DNA from: a virus
Length of the DNA: 64,000 bases
IMG/VR virus record: IMGVR_UViG_3300049216_000067
Direction: 5' to 3' (one strand)
Under the pieces are notes generated by a model. That model was not told where the DNA came from. It was given only the letters and a program-made list of their open reading frames with translations, and did not search any database. A program made the translations under genes and the position numbers. Positions 31,350 to 41,122 of this stretch are shown piece after piece (the first letter of the stretch is position 1; every line of letters begins with the position of its first letter).

Positions 31350-33418
31350 TAGTTATTGTTCTCGTCGTTCAAAGACACAGTGACAGCATTGTTGTCTGTT
31401 GAATCGAGCGTCAAAATAATTTCATTGTTAGAACCAAAAGTAAGGTTCTGTGGTGGCACATAGATATTCAAAACTCCTAGTTGGTTGTTTATTCCAGTAG
31501 GATTAAAATTGTTTAGAGTAATAACACCATTTAGGTAGTCAATTGTTCCGGCATTTGGATTGATAATTACTTTGTTATTGTTTGTGTCGTAATAGTAAGT
31601 ACGAAGAATACCATATTGACCCTGAAGAACCGCAGTAAACTCTGCACCTAATCCACCACCGCCGCTGGCAGTCACTGTTGCAGTAGTATATTCAGAACCT
31701 GCATTATCGATAGTTACACTATTGACTACACCATTAACAATCGTAGCAATGACATTAGCACCAACACCGTCACCCGTAACCGTCAAAGTTGGTGCGCTTG
31801 TGTAACCTGAACCGGGTACTGTAATTAAAACTTGATCCAATCCAGAATAAGAATTAGGCGTTTCTTCAATGTATGCCTGACGAGCAACACCACCAGCATC
31901 ATTAATAGTGAATGTTGGAGAAGTGTACAAATGAGCACTTGATGTTCCAGGTTGCAACTGACAACCAGTGTTCATCACATAGGTTTGAGATACAGACAAC
32001 AATGGAATTAACTTCTTTTGAAGATAAACAGATGCTGTAGAAGACAACACAGAATTTTCAGAATCATCAACTGTTCTTAGCAAACGAGATAGACGAAATT
32101 CTGAATTAAAAGTGTTCAAATTTAAATTGGCATAATTTTCAACTGCACTAATGATAGTGTTGATCAATTGTGTTTCAGTTAAAGTGGTCTGTGTAGAATC
32201 GTAATCAACATCAAATGAAAGATTTAAGAAGTTGTAATCGGCTTCAACAAACTCTGGAGTAACAGTCAATACACTAATAGGAGCGATGACACTTTGAGTC
32301 AAATATTGCTGTTGTTGAACAGTAATACCGTAACCGTTCTTAGGTTTAGCAGAAATAAAGACCTTACCATACACAGGTGGATTAAGAGTTTCACCACCCC
32401 AAACAGTGACAGCATCAAAATATGGGTAGTTTTTGTTGATTAAGGCTACGTAGTCGTTAATTGTAACGGCACGATTTTGCGCAATATAACTCTTAGGTGC
32501 TGAAAACTTGATAGAAGCCACATCTTCTATTGGTGTTCCACCGTAGCTAGATTGTACTGTAGTGACGTTTGAAGTAGATCCAGACAACAAAGCACTTTGA
32601 AGAGTAAATCCATCAAGATCATTAGCCGCATTGGCACTTGTTGTGATATATGAAATAACAACAATGTTACCGTCTTGAAGAGCAGAGCCAATAATTCCAT
32701 CACCAAAATAAATGTTGTAAGAGGCATTTGCGCCTTCTTCAATGAAGTAAACGTTTGAAGTGCCACTAACCGTAGTGAAATCTTCGGCCAAATTAAAATA
32801 AGTTTTATAAGTGTTAACCGTAGAAGTCTGAACAATAACTTGAAGAGTACTGGTATCAACATTAGCATCAACAATGTTAAAGCTAGCTGTCGGATTAGTT
32901 GAACTATCTGCAATGAATGTTTTGATTACAGGAGAACCTTCAGCAATCTGAACATTATTAAAATAGAAAGTATTACCATCAACACCAGCTGTGGTGTCAT
33001 CAAGTGTTACGAAATTATAAGAACTACCGTTCAACGCATCAGAAGAAAATTGACTGAAGCGAGGAAGTGTAAGAATTGAAGTGTTATCAGTATTAGAACG
33101 TGTTACAGCAACATTTACAGTAGCTTGAGCAGCAACAGCAGAACGAGGCGTGTAACCCAATGCCTTAGCATGAGATACGACTGTAGAACGAAGAACAGCT
33201 GTATCCAAGAACATTTCATTGGCAACGAGGTTCAAATAGATAGCGTTGTAGTGAGTATTGTACGCCAAAATATCTAGAAGAACATTAAAAGCTGATCCAG
33301 TGAAATCGTAATCTTGAAACTCACTTTGACTTTGCAAGTAAGTAATAAGATTTTGTTTGATAGAATCAAAATCAAGACTGGTAAGCTGAAGCTTGCTGGT
33401 ATTTGCTGTGACGCCCAT
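31349..33418 (-). CDS. gp6: Baseplate wedge subunit gp6
   Basis: LDFDSIKQNLITYL...DYDFTGS...LAYNTHYNA, QNRAVTINDY, WGGE..PPVYGKVFIS. Confidence 0.95.
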   Translation of the reverse strand: MGVTANTSKLQLTSLDFDSIKQNLITYLQSQSEFQDYDFTGSAFNVLLDILAYNTHYNAIYLNLVANEMFLDTAVLRSTVVSHAKALGYTPRSAVAAQATVNVAVTRSNTDNTSILTLPRFSQFSSDALNGSSYNFVTLDDTTAGVDGNTFYFNNVQIAEGSPVIKTFIADSSTNPTASFNIVDANVDTSTLQVIVQTSTVNTYKTYFNLAEDFTTVSGTSNVYFIEEGANASYNIYFGDGIIGSALQDGNIVVISYITTSANAANDLDGFTLQSALLSGSTSNVTTVQSSYGGTPIEDVASIKFSAPKSYIAQNRAVTINDYVALINKNYPYFDAVTVWGGETLNPPVYGKVFISAKPKNGYGITVQQQQYLTQSVIAPISVLTVTPEFVEADYNFLNLSFDVDYDSTQTTLTETQLINTIISAVENYANLNLNTFNSEFRLSRLLRTVDDSENSVLSSTASVYLQKKLIPLLSVSQTYVMNTGCQLQPGTSSAHLYTSPTFTINDAGGVARQAYIEETPNSYSGLDQVLITVPGSGYTSAPTLTVTGDGVGANVIATIVNGVVNSVTIDNAGSEYTTATVTASGGGGLGAEFTAVLQGQYGILRTYYYDTNNNKVIINPNAGTIDYLNGVITLNNFNPTGINNQLGVLNIYVPPQNLTFGSNNEIILTLDSTDNNAVTVSLNDENNN

Positions 33419-33421
33419 GGT

Positions 33422-33841
33422 TTAACGGAGCCTCTGAAGAAAAGTGTTAATAGTAATAGGTGTAGAAATACCACCAGCTACCTGGAAAACAATCGTGACG
33501 CTATAGCCGTCTTGTGTATTATTGGTTTGAACGATGACATCCAAAACTTGTGCTCTCGGTTCGAAGTTAGCCAATACGTCTTTAATTTCTGAAGACAATA
33601 AATTGGCTGTAACACCGTCAACCAATTCGAACAACAACTTACGAACGTTGCCACCAATTTCTGGATGAAATGGACGTTCATAGTGGTTAGTAGAAACTAG
33701 ATTGACGATTGATTGGACAACGCTGTTAATACCAGTAACCTTCGTCAAATCCCCAGTCATCGGATTTGGTATGAAATCGATGTTGAAGTCAGAATATTGA
33801 CGAGTTTGAAGCGGTGTACTGAGTGTAGGTGCTGTTGCCAT
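33422..33841 (-). CDS. gp25: Baseplate wedge subunit gp25
   Basis: SIVNLVSTNHYERPFHPEIG...FEPRA. Confidence 0.95.
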   Translation of the reverse strand: MATAPTLSTPLQTRQYSDFNIDFIPNPMTGDLTKVTGINSVVQSIVNLVSTNHYERPFHPEIGGNVRKLLFELVDGVTANLLSSEIKDVLANFEPRAQVLDVIVQTNNTQDGYSVTIVFQVAGGISTPITINTFLQRLR

Positions 33842-33864
33842 TGATACTTCTCTTAAGGATCAAC

Positions 33865-33871
33865 TATTTAG
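33865..33871 (-). promoter_or_regulatory. Late promoter CTAAATA overlapping stop codon
   Basis: tatttag spanning TAA 33868-33870. Confidence 0.6.
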
Positions 33872-35877
33872 CTAAGGAAAAGTGTTTTTTCTTTCATACG
33901 TCTTGTTGTCAATCCTGGAAGTACCTTACCAGCCGCCTTGTTCCAAAGAAGGAATGCTGAACCAGCGGCACACCACTGTTGAGCGTTGATATTCTTAAGT
34001 ACAGAACTTTTAAGCCAATTGTTTGGACCAATGTTGTAGATAAGGCTAAGACAAGCATCGAGCATGTTTTGCGTGATCTGAACATTAATACTTTTTTGGA
34101 GAACTGGAAGGAACGCATTTTCAACACATGTTCCAAGATAATCCAATGCGGTAGCGCGACTAATAGTGTCACCCAAACTGATTGGTTTACCCAATGCAGC
34201 TTGAGTTGTGCCATAACCGATTGTGATAGGTTGTGCGCCGGTTGCTGGATCGGGGTATGCAGTGACTGTGTCTGGACTGATAACCTTTGCAAAACCTTCT
34301 GCTGATTGAATAAGGTTCAAACCATTCTGACTGATAGACCATTGAGATGAATCTGTAAGAAAAGTCTTTGTGGTTGCATCAAACATACAACCGGCAGTAT
34401 TAATGTTTGCAGTGTTAGCATCCGGAGCAACCAAATTATTGTTGGCAACCGTGTTGTTAGGACCGGAATCCAGGAACAAACGCTGAACGTAAGCAGAACC
34501 AGTAATAGGATCAAGCTGAACACTATTAATGTTAAATGGAACTGGAACTTCTTCTGGTGGAGCAACGCCCGTATTCTTCGTAAGAGCGGACATACCACCT
34601 GGGATGCCAGATGGGGTACCTGCCGTTGCTGTCCCGGCTCCTGAGGCAGTAGGTGCGCCCTGGTTAACGCTGGTAAGAGTGGCTATTTGCACTTCACCTG
34701 AAATACCAACCGTAACACCGGTCAAAGCAGCCTGACCTGACGCTAATATGTTAACATCTGAACCTTCTGCATTGAAATCACCACTGGCATTAAAATTAAG
34801 ATCGCCACCAGAACTAATCGTCGTAACGCCAGCTGTGATATCTACACTGGATTCACCTGTTATGAATGTCTGTTTTCCTATTACCGTGGCAGTTTCTGAA
34901 CCGGATAAATTGATGTTTTCTGCTTGAACGTTAAAGTTACCACCAACAGAAAAATCCATATCACCGGCAACATTAGCGGTTAACTTACCTCCAGATTCTA
35001 AGATCGTGTCACCTTTGACTCGAACAAGGCAGTCACCGTCTACGCTAATAGCAACCGTACCCATGACATGAATATGATCATCTGCCATGACAATTGAGTA
35101 ACGGCTTCTTGTTACTTTTTCAACAACAGAACCGGATGGATAAAATTCAACAAATGACCCAGTACGATGTGCAATATGAATACGTTCTGATCCTGGTGTA
35201 TCATCATATTCGATTACATGACCAGATTCCGTGACTGTGGCGATATCATATGGATATTCAGGGTTATAAGCCGGATATGGTTCTGACCATCTATAGTTGT
35301 TAGCTGATACGACATTCAAATCCAAGTTATTTTTACGAGCGTTGATAACGGTGTTTGCAAGATTTTGGTAACGACTGACACCAGAGATAGAAATTTGATT
35401 CAGTTCATCTGCATTTGGGTGACGTAAAGATTCAAGAACAGCAGCATTAGCTGTATTGGCTTCTGTGATAGTAATACCTGAACCGTCAGTATTATAAGTT
35501 CGGCTTACAGGTACTTTAGGTGCCAAAGCAATGGTTGCTTCACTTCTCAAATCATGGAATCCAGATCCAACGTTAGGTGGATTGGTTTCAAATCCAGGAA
35601 TAATACCTAACATCAAAGGAAGCTGTTTAGATCCATCAAGCCAAACACCAAAAGCTACATCAGATTCTTTTGGTGTAGAGAATGTCTTACCATTAGTGTC
35701 TTGTAATATTTGTGCCCAAGGAAGATTTTGAGAAGGTAGTTCAGTTAAAGAAGGATTATGAACACCGTATATACGAACCTGCACGCGACCCAATTCAAGT
35801 GGGTCTTGACGATTTTCAACAACGCCAACCCAGAATCCCTGGAAATCTTCACCGGCAAAATATTTTGCAATTTGCAT
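33868..35877 (-). CDS. gp5: Baseplate central spike gp5 with C-terminal GH24 lysozyme
   Basis: OB-fold GVVENRQDPLELGRVQVR; TESGHVIEYDDTPGSERI; beta-helix repeats; C-terminal EGF...AYPDP...TIGYG...GLTTRRMKE. Confidence 0.9.
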   Translation of the reverse strand: MQIAKYFAGEDFQGFWVGVVENRQDPLELGRVQVRIYGVHNPSLTELPSQNLPWAQILQDTNGKTFSTPKESDVAFGVWLDGSKQLPLMLGIIPGFETNPPNVGSGFHDLRSEATIALAPKVPVSRTYNTDGSGITITEANTANAAVLESLRHPNADELNQISISGVSRYQNLANTVINARKNNLDLNVVSANNYRWSEPYPAYNPEYPYDIATVTESGHVIEYDDTPGSERIHIAHRTGSFVEFYPSGSVVEKVTRSRYSIVMADDHIHVMGTVAISVDGDCLVRVKGDTILESGGKLTANVAGDMDFSVGGNFNVQAENINLSGSETATVIGKQTFITGESSVDITAGVTTISSGGDLNFNASGDFNAEGSDVNILASGQAALTGVTVGISGEVQIATLTSVNQGAPTASGAGTATAGTPSGIPGGMSALTKNTGVAPPEEVPVPFNINSVQLDPITGSAYVQRLFLDSGPNNTVANNNLVAPDANTANINTAGCMFDATTKTFLTDSSQWSISQNGLNLIQSAEGFAKVISPDTVTAYPDPATGAQPITIGYGTTQAALGKPISLGDTISRATALDYLGTCVENAFLPVLQKSINVQITQNMLDACLSLIYNIGPNNWLKSSVLKNINAQQWCAAGSAFLLWNKAAGKVLPGLTTRRMKEKTLFLS

Positions 35878-37181
35878 TAGCTTGATATTATTTGTTTAAT
35901 AGTTTGAGAGCCGTTTGTAGGTGCTGCTAACTGCGCAGAAACCGTGTCTGATAGAAGTTCTACGATTGTCGCCGCTGTGTCCAAAATAAATTTATGATGA
36001 ACACTAGAAACAAGATAACGGCCTGTTCTCATAGGATCATTAGCCGTAGTTGCGTCCTGAATTTCCATCTTTGGGACTACTACTCCGATTACGGAACCAG
36101 TCTTAAGAAGAATGTCACCAGGAACAACACCCACAATCTTGAATGTATTTAACATGCCCAATCTTGATGTGGTTTGCGGTAACCATTTCTTAAGGTTTGC
36201 TGGATTACTGGTTGTATCGGAATCAGTTGAAATGACAAACTTCAACATGTTTCCATCTGTTTGAAACACTGAATAACCAAACCTATTTGTAAAATCGTTG
36301 CACGGTAGAAAATTATTGAGAATAGCGTTGTTAGAAAGTTGTTTAGCATTAAAATTAACCGCAGTAAATTGTCTATTGACGATATCAAACGTGGCTAAAG
36401 TGGAAGAGAATGCTCCAGACTTCATAGTCTTTAGCATGTCAAAATCTTGCGTGACTTGAATTAGATTGAAAGTGTTACTGTTATAAACAGGATTTTGTCC
36501 TAATTTAATATTGAAACCATAAATCTGATAGGTTGGCTGCTGTAGTAATGTTTCATAAGAAACAAAGTTGAAACCGTCTCTATTTTCAAAAAAGAAATAA
36601 AGATTTTTGGCTGGACCATATGATCTAGGTGTAAGCCAAGATATTGCTTCAAGTGCGGACATGCGCGGAATTATGATGTCGAATACACCAGAAGTTTGTT
36701 CGATAATGTTTATCTTAGAAGGAGATACTCTAAGTTTGTTAAGCAATAGATCGCTGATCATTTGGTCTATTCTTAGACCTTTGTATGACTTACTGATCAT
36801 GCTTTGTGTTGAAAGAAATAACTCTTCAGAGCAAAAGTGTATGGTGTAATTTTGCAAACCATTAGAACCAAGAGATCTGTCGCTAATTTTGTATATGCGA
36901 AAAGTTTTGTTGATTGGTTTGTTTAAGCTAGGTTTATCTACATTTACTTGAATAAATTCATTGCCGTGCATTTTGAAAGAAGATATCAAATCGAGAGCAT
37001 CACCCATGACGACACTTCCAGTCATGACAGGACTCCAAATATCTTCATACAAATTTAGCTCAACTATAAGTCCTCTAATATCAACAATTTTACCGTCACT
37101 AGTAACGATGTTTAACGTGTTGAGTTTGTAATCAGATGAAGCAATTAAACCAATTGTATCTGATGAAGTATTTGATGACAT
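35877..37181 (-). CDS. Baseplate hub protein (gp27-like)
   Basis: 434 aa; LYEDIWSP, FFFENRDGFNFVSYETL, VPGDILLKTG, TGRYLVSSVHH; adjacent to gp5. Confidence 0.7.
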   Translation of the reverse strand: MSSNTSSDTIGLIASSDYKLNTLNIVTSDGKIVDIRGLIVELNLYEDIWSPVMTGSVVMGDALDLISSFKMHGNEFIQVNVDKPSLNKPINKTFRIYKISDRSLGSNGLQNYTIHFCSEELFLSTQSMISKSYKGLRIDQMISDLLLNKLRVSPSKINIIEQTSGVFDIIIPRMSALEAISWLTPRSYGPAKNLYFFFENRDGFNFVSYETLLQQPTYQIYGFNIKLGQNPVYNSNTFNLIQVTQDFDMLKTMKSGAFSSTLATFDIVNRQFTAVNFNAKQLSNNAILNNFLPCNDFTNRFGYSVFQTDGNMLKFVISTDSDTTSNPANLKKWLPQTTSRLGMLNTFKIVGVVPGDILLKTGSVIGVVVPKMEIQDATTANDPMRTGRYLVSSVHHKFILDTAATIVELLSDTVSAQLAAPTNGSQTIKQIISS

Positions 37182-37195
37182 TATCTAAATCTCGT

Positions 37196-37870
37196 TTATG
37201 TTCCAAGAAGGCTTTGGAACTGTGCTTCAATTTGTGGAGCGTAAGAAGCATCAATTAAAGTTATTTCTCTTTTAGCTTCATTGATAGCTACTTCATTATC
37301 GTAAGCAGTCACAGCATTCAACGTTGTAACCGTGTTGACAATAGAACCATCAGATGTAACAACAGTGACATCAGACACAGTAACTATTGGATTATCGATA
37401 GTCGGAAGAGTACGTGAAATAATTTGATTTGTAGCAAAATTGTAGCTGTATGGTTCATCGGTGACTGTTGTTATATATGTAACCGTATTTGATGAACCAT
37501 TGATTGTGGTTGTAACCGTTTCTACCTGTTGTATTACAGCTAACTCACTTTGTGCAGCTTCTATAGAACCGTATGACGCAATGATGTTGTTGGCAAAGTC
37601 GTTTGAGTTCAAAGGCAGATCAAAATAAGGATCTATAATAGTGTTTGCGAATATGATGATCCAATGGCGCAAAGGATCACCATAAAATTTGAAAGCAACA
37701 CTTTCTAATGTATCACCGTCTTTCCATGGGTATTTGTAGTAAACAAGAGAATTGTTTAATACGGCTGAAATTGTATCGACACGAGTAAAGATATTCTTCA
37801 GCACATAAAATTGCTGAAGGTCTTTATCAAATGTATAGTAAATGTTTGGAAATTGTTCGAAATAATTCAT
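37196..37870 (-). CDS. gp53: Baseplate wedge gp53
   Basis: MNYFEQFPNIYY, GDTLESVAFKFYGDPLRHWII, NEAKREITLI. Confidence 0.85.
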   Translation of the reverse strand: MNYFEQFPNIYYTFDKDLQQFYVLKNIFTRVDTISAVLNNSLVYYKYPWKDGDTLESVAFKFYGDPLRHWIIIFANTIIDPYFDLPLNSNDFANNIIASYGSIEAAQSELAVIQQVETVTTTINGSSNTVTYITTVTDEPYSYNFATNQIISRTLPTIDNPIVTVSDVTVVTSDGSIVNTVTTLNAVTAYDNEVAINEAKREITLIDASYAPQIEAQFQSLLGT

Positions 37871-39036
37871 TAGTAGCCGTACTTAGCGATCAACTCGCGT
37901 GTGATGATATCCATTTCTGTAAATTGCAAATCCAAATCGATCTTCAAAGGAGAACCATCATTAAATGTTGTCCAAGTACCAGCACCTGAGTAATTGACTG
38001 TAATTTGAGTCAATGCACAGGTAGAAATTTTTGCGATAGATGGATTTTCCTGCTGCATAAAATAAAAAGAAATGTCGAACTGTGCTGGTGGGATGAAATA
38101 ACGACCACCGGCTTCATTGCTTACTTCAGGAGCAGCAAATGCTTTGAATGTTTTTATGATGTTGTAGATCGCCACAGATTCTTGTTGAGAACGTGGAATG
38201 AAATGAAATATAAAAGAATATTGTCTGTTCTGTGTTTTCTTAAACAACATTTCAATGTGTGGGTTAACAGCTTTACCCTGAGACTTGACGTAAAGATCTG
38301 TAAATCCTTGGCCTACAGCGCCAGTACTTTGAACAAGATCAGCACCCAATTCACCTTCTTGAGCATAATTGAATGATTTATTTGGTTCATCGGAAAACAA
38401 ATTTTTAGCTGCTGTTTCTGCAATATCTTTCAGAGAACTAATAGCACCTTTGAAAGAACCGCCCAACTGAGAGTACTTACCGATATTACCACCGGCTTCT
38501 GTTGCGCTGGCACCTTCCCATTCGTGAGCGTAGGTAGTAGACACCGTTTCAGGCATGTAGATAGAAATTGATTGAGAAATTCTTTGTAGCTTAGGCTGAA
38601 GATTTAAAGTTGTTAACAATCCTGCTCCAGCGACGGCACCGACACTGGCTTTAATGGCCGGATCGACACCAGAATTCACCAATGTGGTTACACCGGTTAA
38701 GAATGTACCGGCAGCAACATTTGAACCGCTACCAACAGGCGCATAGGTACCACCCTGAGAATTAAGCGTGTCATAATTTTGTGATGATGCGCTTTGACCG
38801 TTACCATTTGAACTTGTCGTAGAATTTTGAAAGTACTTAGAAGTAGTTGGAAGATTAATATTAAAAACCACATAGTGCGGGCAATCTGCACCACCAATGC
38901 CTTCTAATGGGAACCTTGCTTGACTAATAGCATATGGGTCTTTGTCTAGAACGGCAGTAGGTCCAACTCCAGAGCTTTGAGCACCCTGAGTAGGAGTACT
39001 TGCTAATGTTGAAGTTGTAAAAGGAATTGCTGGCAT
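37870..39036 (-). CDS. gp48: Baseplate tail-tube cap gp48
   Basis: ISIYMP, VNPHIEMLF...RQYSFIFHFIPRSQQE, CALTQITVNY, LQFTE. Confidence 0.85.
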   Translation of the reverse strand: MPAIPFTTSTLASTPTQGAQSSGVGPTAVLDKDPYAISQARFPLEGIGGADCPHYVVFNINLPTTSKYFQNSTTSSNGNGQSASSQNYDTLNSQGGTYAPVGSGSNVAAGTFLTGVTTLVNSGVDPAIKASVGAVAGAGLLTTLNLQPKLQRISQSISIYMPETVSTTYAHEWEGASATEAGGNIGKYSQLGGSFKGAISSLKDIAETAAKNLFSDEPNKSFNYAQEGELGADLVQSTGAVGQGFTDLYVKSQGKAVNPHIEMLFKKTQNRQYSFIFHFIPRSQQESVAIYNIIKTFKAFAAPEVSNEAGGRYFIPPAQFDISFYFMQQENPSIAKISTCALTQITVNYSGAGTWTTFNDGSPLKIDLDLQFTEMDIITRELIAKYGY

Positions 39037-39065
39037 GAGGATATATACACAATGGAATAATCAAT

Positions 39066-39072
39066 TATTTAG
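39066..39072 (-). promoter_or_regulatory. Late promoter CTAAATA for leftward baseplate operon
   Basis: tatttag about 30 nt upstream of the gp48 start. Confidence 0.65.
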
Positions 39073-39080
39073 TGTGTATT

Positions 39081-39254
39081 ATGGGACGACCTATTGGATC
39101 GAAGAATAAGCAACCATATCCTAAATCTGAAGCTGTTTTGAGAAGATTGGAAGATTCCAAACATTTCTTAAATATAAGAAGACATACCAAAGGTTGGAAT
39201 CATACTGATAAAACTAAACAACTTATGTCAGATTTAAAACGTATTAGTAAGTAA
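39081..39254 (+). CDS. Small NUMOD3-type DNA-binding peptide (possibly frameshifted 5' part of gp4)
   Basis: MGRPIGSKNK and KGWNHTDKTKQLMS motifs. Confidence 0.5.
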   Translation: MGRPIGSKNKQPYPKSEAVLRRLEDSKHFLNIRRHTKGWNHTDKTKQLMSDLKRISK

Positions 39255-39288
39255 TGGGTGGAAACCTCACCCGCGTAGGACTGGAAGA

Positions 39289-39720
39289 ATGGCATATCAA
39301 GGTAAATTTTCATTAACTAACCCCAAAAAATATGTGGGTAATGTAAATCAAGTTTTCTATAGATCACTATGGGAAAGAACCATGATGGTTCGTCTTGATG
39401 AAAGAAATGATGTTATTGAATGGTCTAGCGAAGAATTAAGAATTCCCTATAGAAGTCCTATAGATGGAAAAATACATATTTACTTTCCTGATTTTTTTTG
39501 TAAATATGATACTGGCAGAGTCGAAATAATAGAAGTAAAACCTGCCAAGCAATGTGTAGAACCAATAAAACCTAAAAGAACTACGAAAAAATACATCAAT
39601 GAGATAACCGAATATGGACGCAATTTAGCTAAATGGGATGCCGCTCGTGCTATGTGTGCTGATAAGGGCTGGCATTTTATCATTCTAACCGAGAATGAAA
39701 TCTATGGAAAGAAGCCCTAA
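39289..39720 (+). CDS. gp4: Head completion nuclease gp4
   Basis: YQGKF..TNPKKYVG..YRSLWER, WSSEE..IPY, YFPDF, EVKP, NLAKWDAA. Confidence 0.92.
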   Translation: MAYQGKFSLTNPKKYVGNVNQVFYRSLWERTMMVRLDERNDVIEWSSEELRIPYRSPIDGKIHIYFPDFFCKYDTGRVEIIEVKPAKQCVEPIKPKRTTKKYINEITEYGRNLAKWDAARAMCADKGWHFIILTENEIYGKKP

Positions 39721-39723
39721 ATA
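39717..39723 (+). promoter_or_regulatory. Late promoter-like CTAAATA overlapping gp4 stop
   Basis: ctaaata spanning TAA 39718-39720. Confidence 0.5.
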
Positions 39724-39728
39724 GTTTC

Positions 39729-40250
39729 ATGCCATCATCAAGAAAACCTAATGTAAACGACTCTCGCGAATCCATTCGTTGGTTTGTTCGTATCCTTAAG
39801 AATTTGGATACAAAACAAATAAAACGTGAACAGCTGGGTGAATACGTTAATAGGCCACAACTTGGTAAGCTATGTTGTTATTACTACGATCCAAAAACTA
39901 AGGAAACACTTCCTTATTGGGATAGGTTTCCGTTGGTAATGCCTTTAGATTATCAAGATAACGGCTACATTCTTGGTTTGAACCTACATTATCTTCCACC
40001 AGAAGCCAGAATGGTTTTGTTCGATCAATTGTTTGCTGTTCGTGCTAGAAAAGATCTAACAGTAGAAAATCAAATCCTAATGTCTTACATGGTTTTAAAA
40101 AGAACATCACAATTTCCAGGTTGGAGAGATTGTATCAAGCGTTATATTCCATCTCATATTCAATCTCGTGTTTTAGAAATTGATCCATTGAGTTGGAAGC
40201 TTGCTGTCGCCTTACCCACTCAAATGTTTGTCAAAAAGCGTCCTTGGTAA
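39729..40250 (+). CDS. gp2: DNA end protector gp2
   Basis: YYDPKTKETLPYWDRFPLV, GLNLHYLPP, CIKRY. Confidence 0.92.
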   Translation: MPSSRKPNVNDSRESIRWFVRILKNLDTKQIKREQLGEYVNRPQLGKLCCYYYDPKTKETLPYWDRFPLVMPLDYQDNGYILGLNLHYLPPEARMVLFDQLFAVRARKDLTVENQILMSYMVLKRTSQFPGWRDCIKRYIPSHIQSRVLEIDPLSWKLAVALPTQMFVKKRPW

Positions 40251-40255
40251 ATTAA

Positions 40256-41119
40256 ATGTCATCAAAAAATTTATTCGGTCTTAATGTTAATTTAACCAAC
40301 CAAGGTTTGACTGGATCAGCTAGTCTTAAAATACCTGGCTTGCCTGGTATATCTTTGACTTATCCATTTTTAAGCGGTGTGACTAATCCACCGACGAATC
40401 CTAATTTTAGCATCAATAATTTCATTCAAAATCTAAACCAACACAATGAAACTGCTAGAACCGACAAGTTTGATGTTTTGATTATACCACCAGCAAGTGT
40501 AGCCAATTACGCCGGTCTATCTCCAGCTGCCATTGGTAGAGGATTAAATCTTCAATGTGAAATATCAGAACTTCCTGGTCGTGATATTCAAATGCAAGAA
40601 TATACGATTCACGCATTTGTAAGAAGGGTTCCTCACCAAAATCAATACGGTTCAGCTAATTTTACATTCATTTGTACTGGTGATTTCTGGGAAAAAAGTA
40701 TGTTTGATGCTTGGTTAGATTTGATGGTTCCTGCACAAACAGGTTTAGTAAATTACCCATTAGATGCTAATAACAACCGTAATTACGAGTGTGATATCTA
40801 TTGTAACCAATATGACATGACTGGAACTCAAATTTATCAAGCACAGCTTGTTGATGCTGTGCCGACTTCCGTGTCTGTTTTAAACCAATCATGGGATAAC
40901 GATGCTATCCATCGCTTAAATGTGACGTTTGCTTTCCGTAAGTGGGTTACTGTTGATACTGACTATCAAACAGTTACGACATTTGCTGGATCTAATCCAC
41001 AAGTCCTACCTTCATTAACTAGCGGAATTATCAATACGATTGCTAATTCTCCTATCGTTTCTCAAGATCTTAGAAAAGGAAATGCCGCTCTAAATAGCGC
41101 AATCAAAAAATTAATTTAA
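40256..41119 (+). CDS. Tail-tube-family protein (gp54-like tube initiator)
   Basis: CEISELPGR, EKSMFDAW, LVDAVPTSV..LNQSW...RLNVTFAFRKW. Confidence 0.7.
   Translation: MSSKNLFGLNVNLTNQGLTGSASLKIPGLPGISLTYPFLSGVTNPPTNPNFSINNFIQNLNQHNETARTDKFDVLIIPPASVANYAGLSPAAIGRGLNLQCEISELPGRDIQMQEYTIHAFVRRVPHQNQYGSANFTFICTGDFWEKSMFDAWLDLMVPAQTGLVNYPLDANNNRNYECDIYCNQYDMTGTQIYQAQLVDAVPTSVSVLNQSWDNDAIHRLNVTFAFRKWVTVDTDYQTVTTFAGSNPQVLPSLTSGIINTIANSPIVSQDLRKGNAALNSAIKKLI
41090..41096 (+). promoter_or_regulatory. Late promoter CTAAATA upstream of gp26
   Basis: ctaaata about 30 nt before the gp26 start. Confidence 0.5.
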
Positions 41120-41122
41120 TAG

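Noticed and set aside
39231-39245. T TTA AAA slippery site as a route from the NUMOD3 ORF into gp4
   Set aside because: A -1 shift hits TAG within three codons; gp4 is in the +1 frame.
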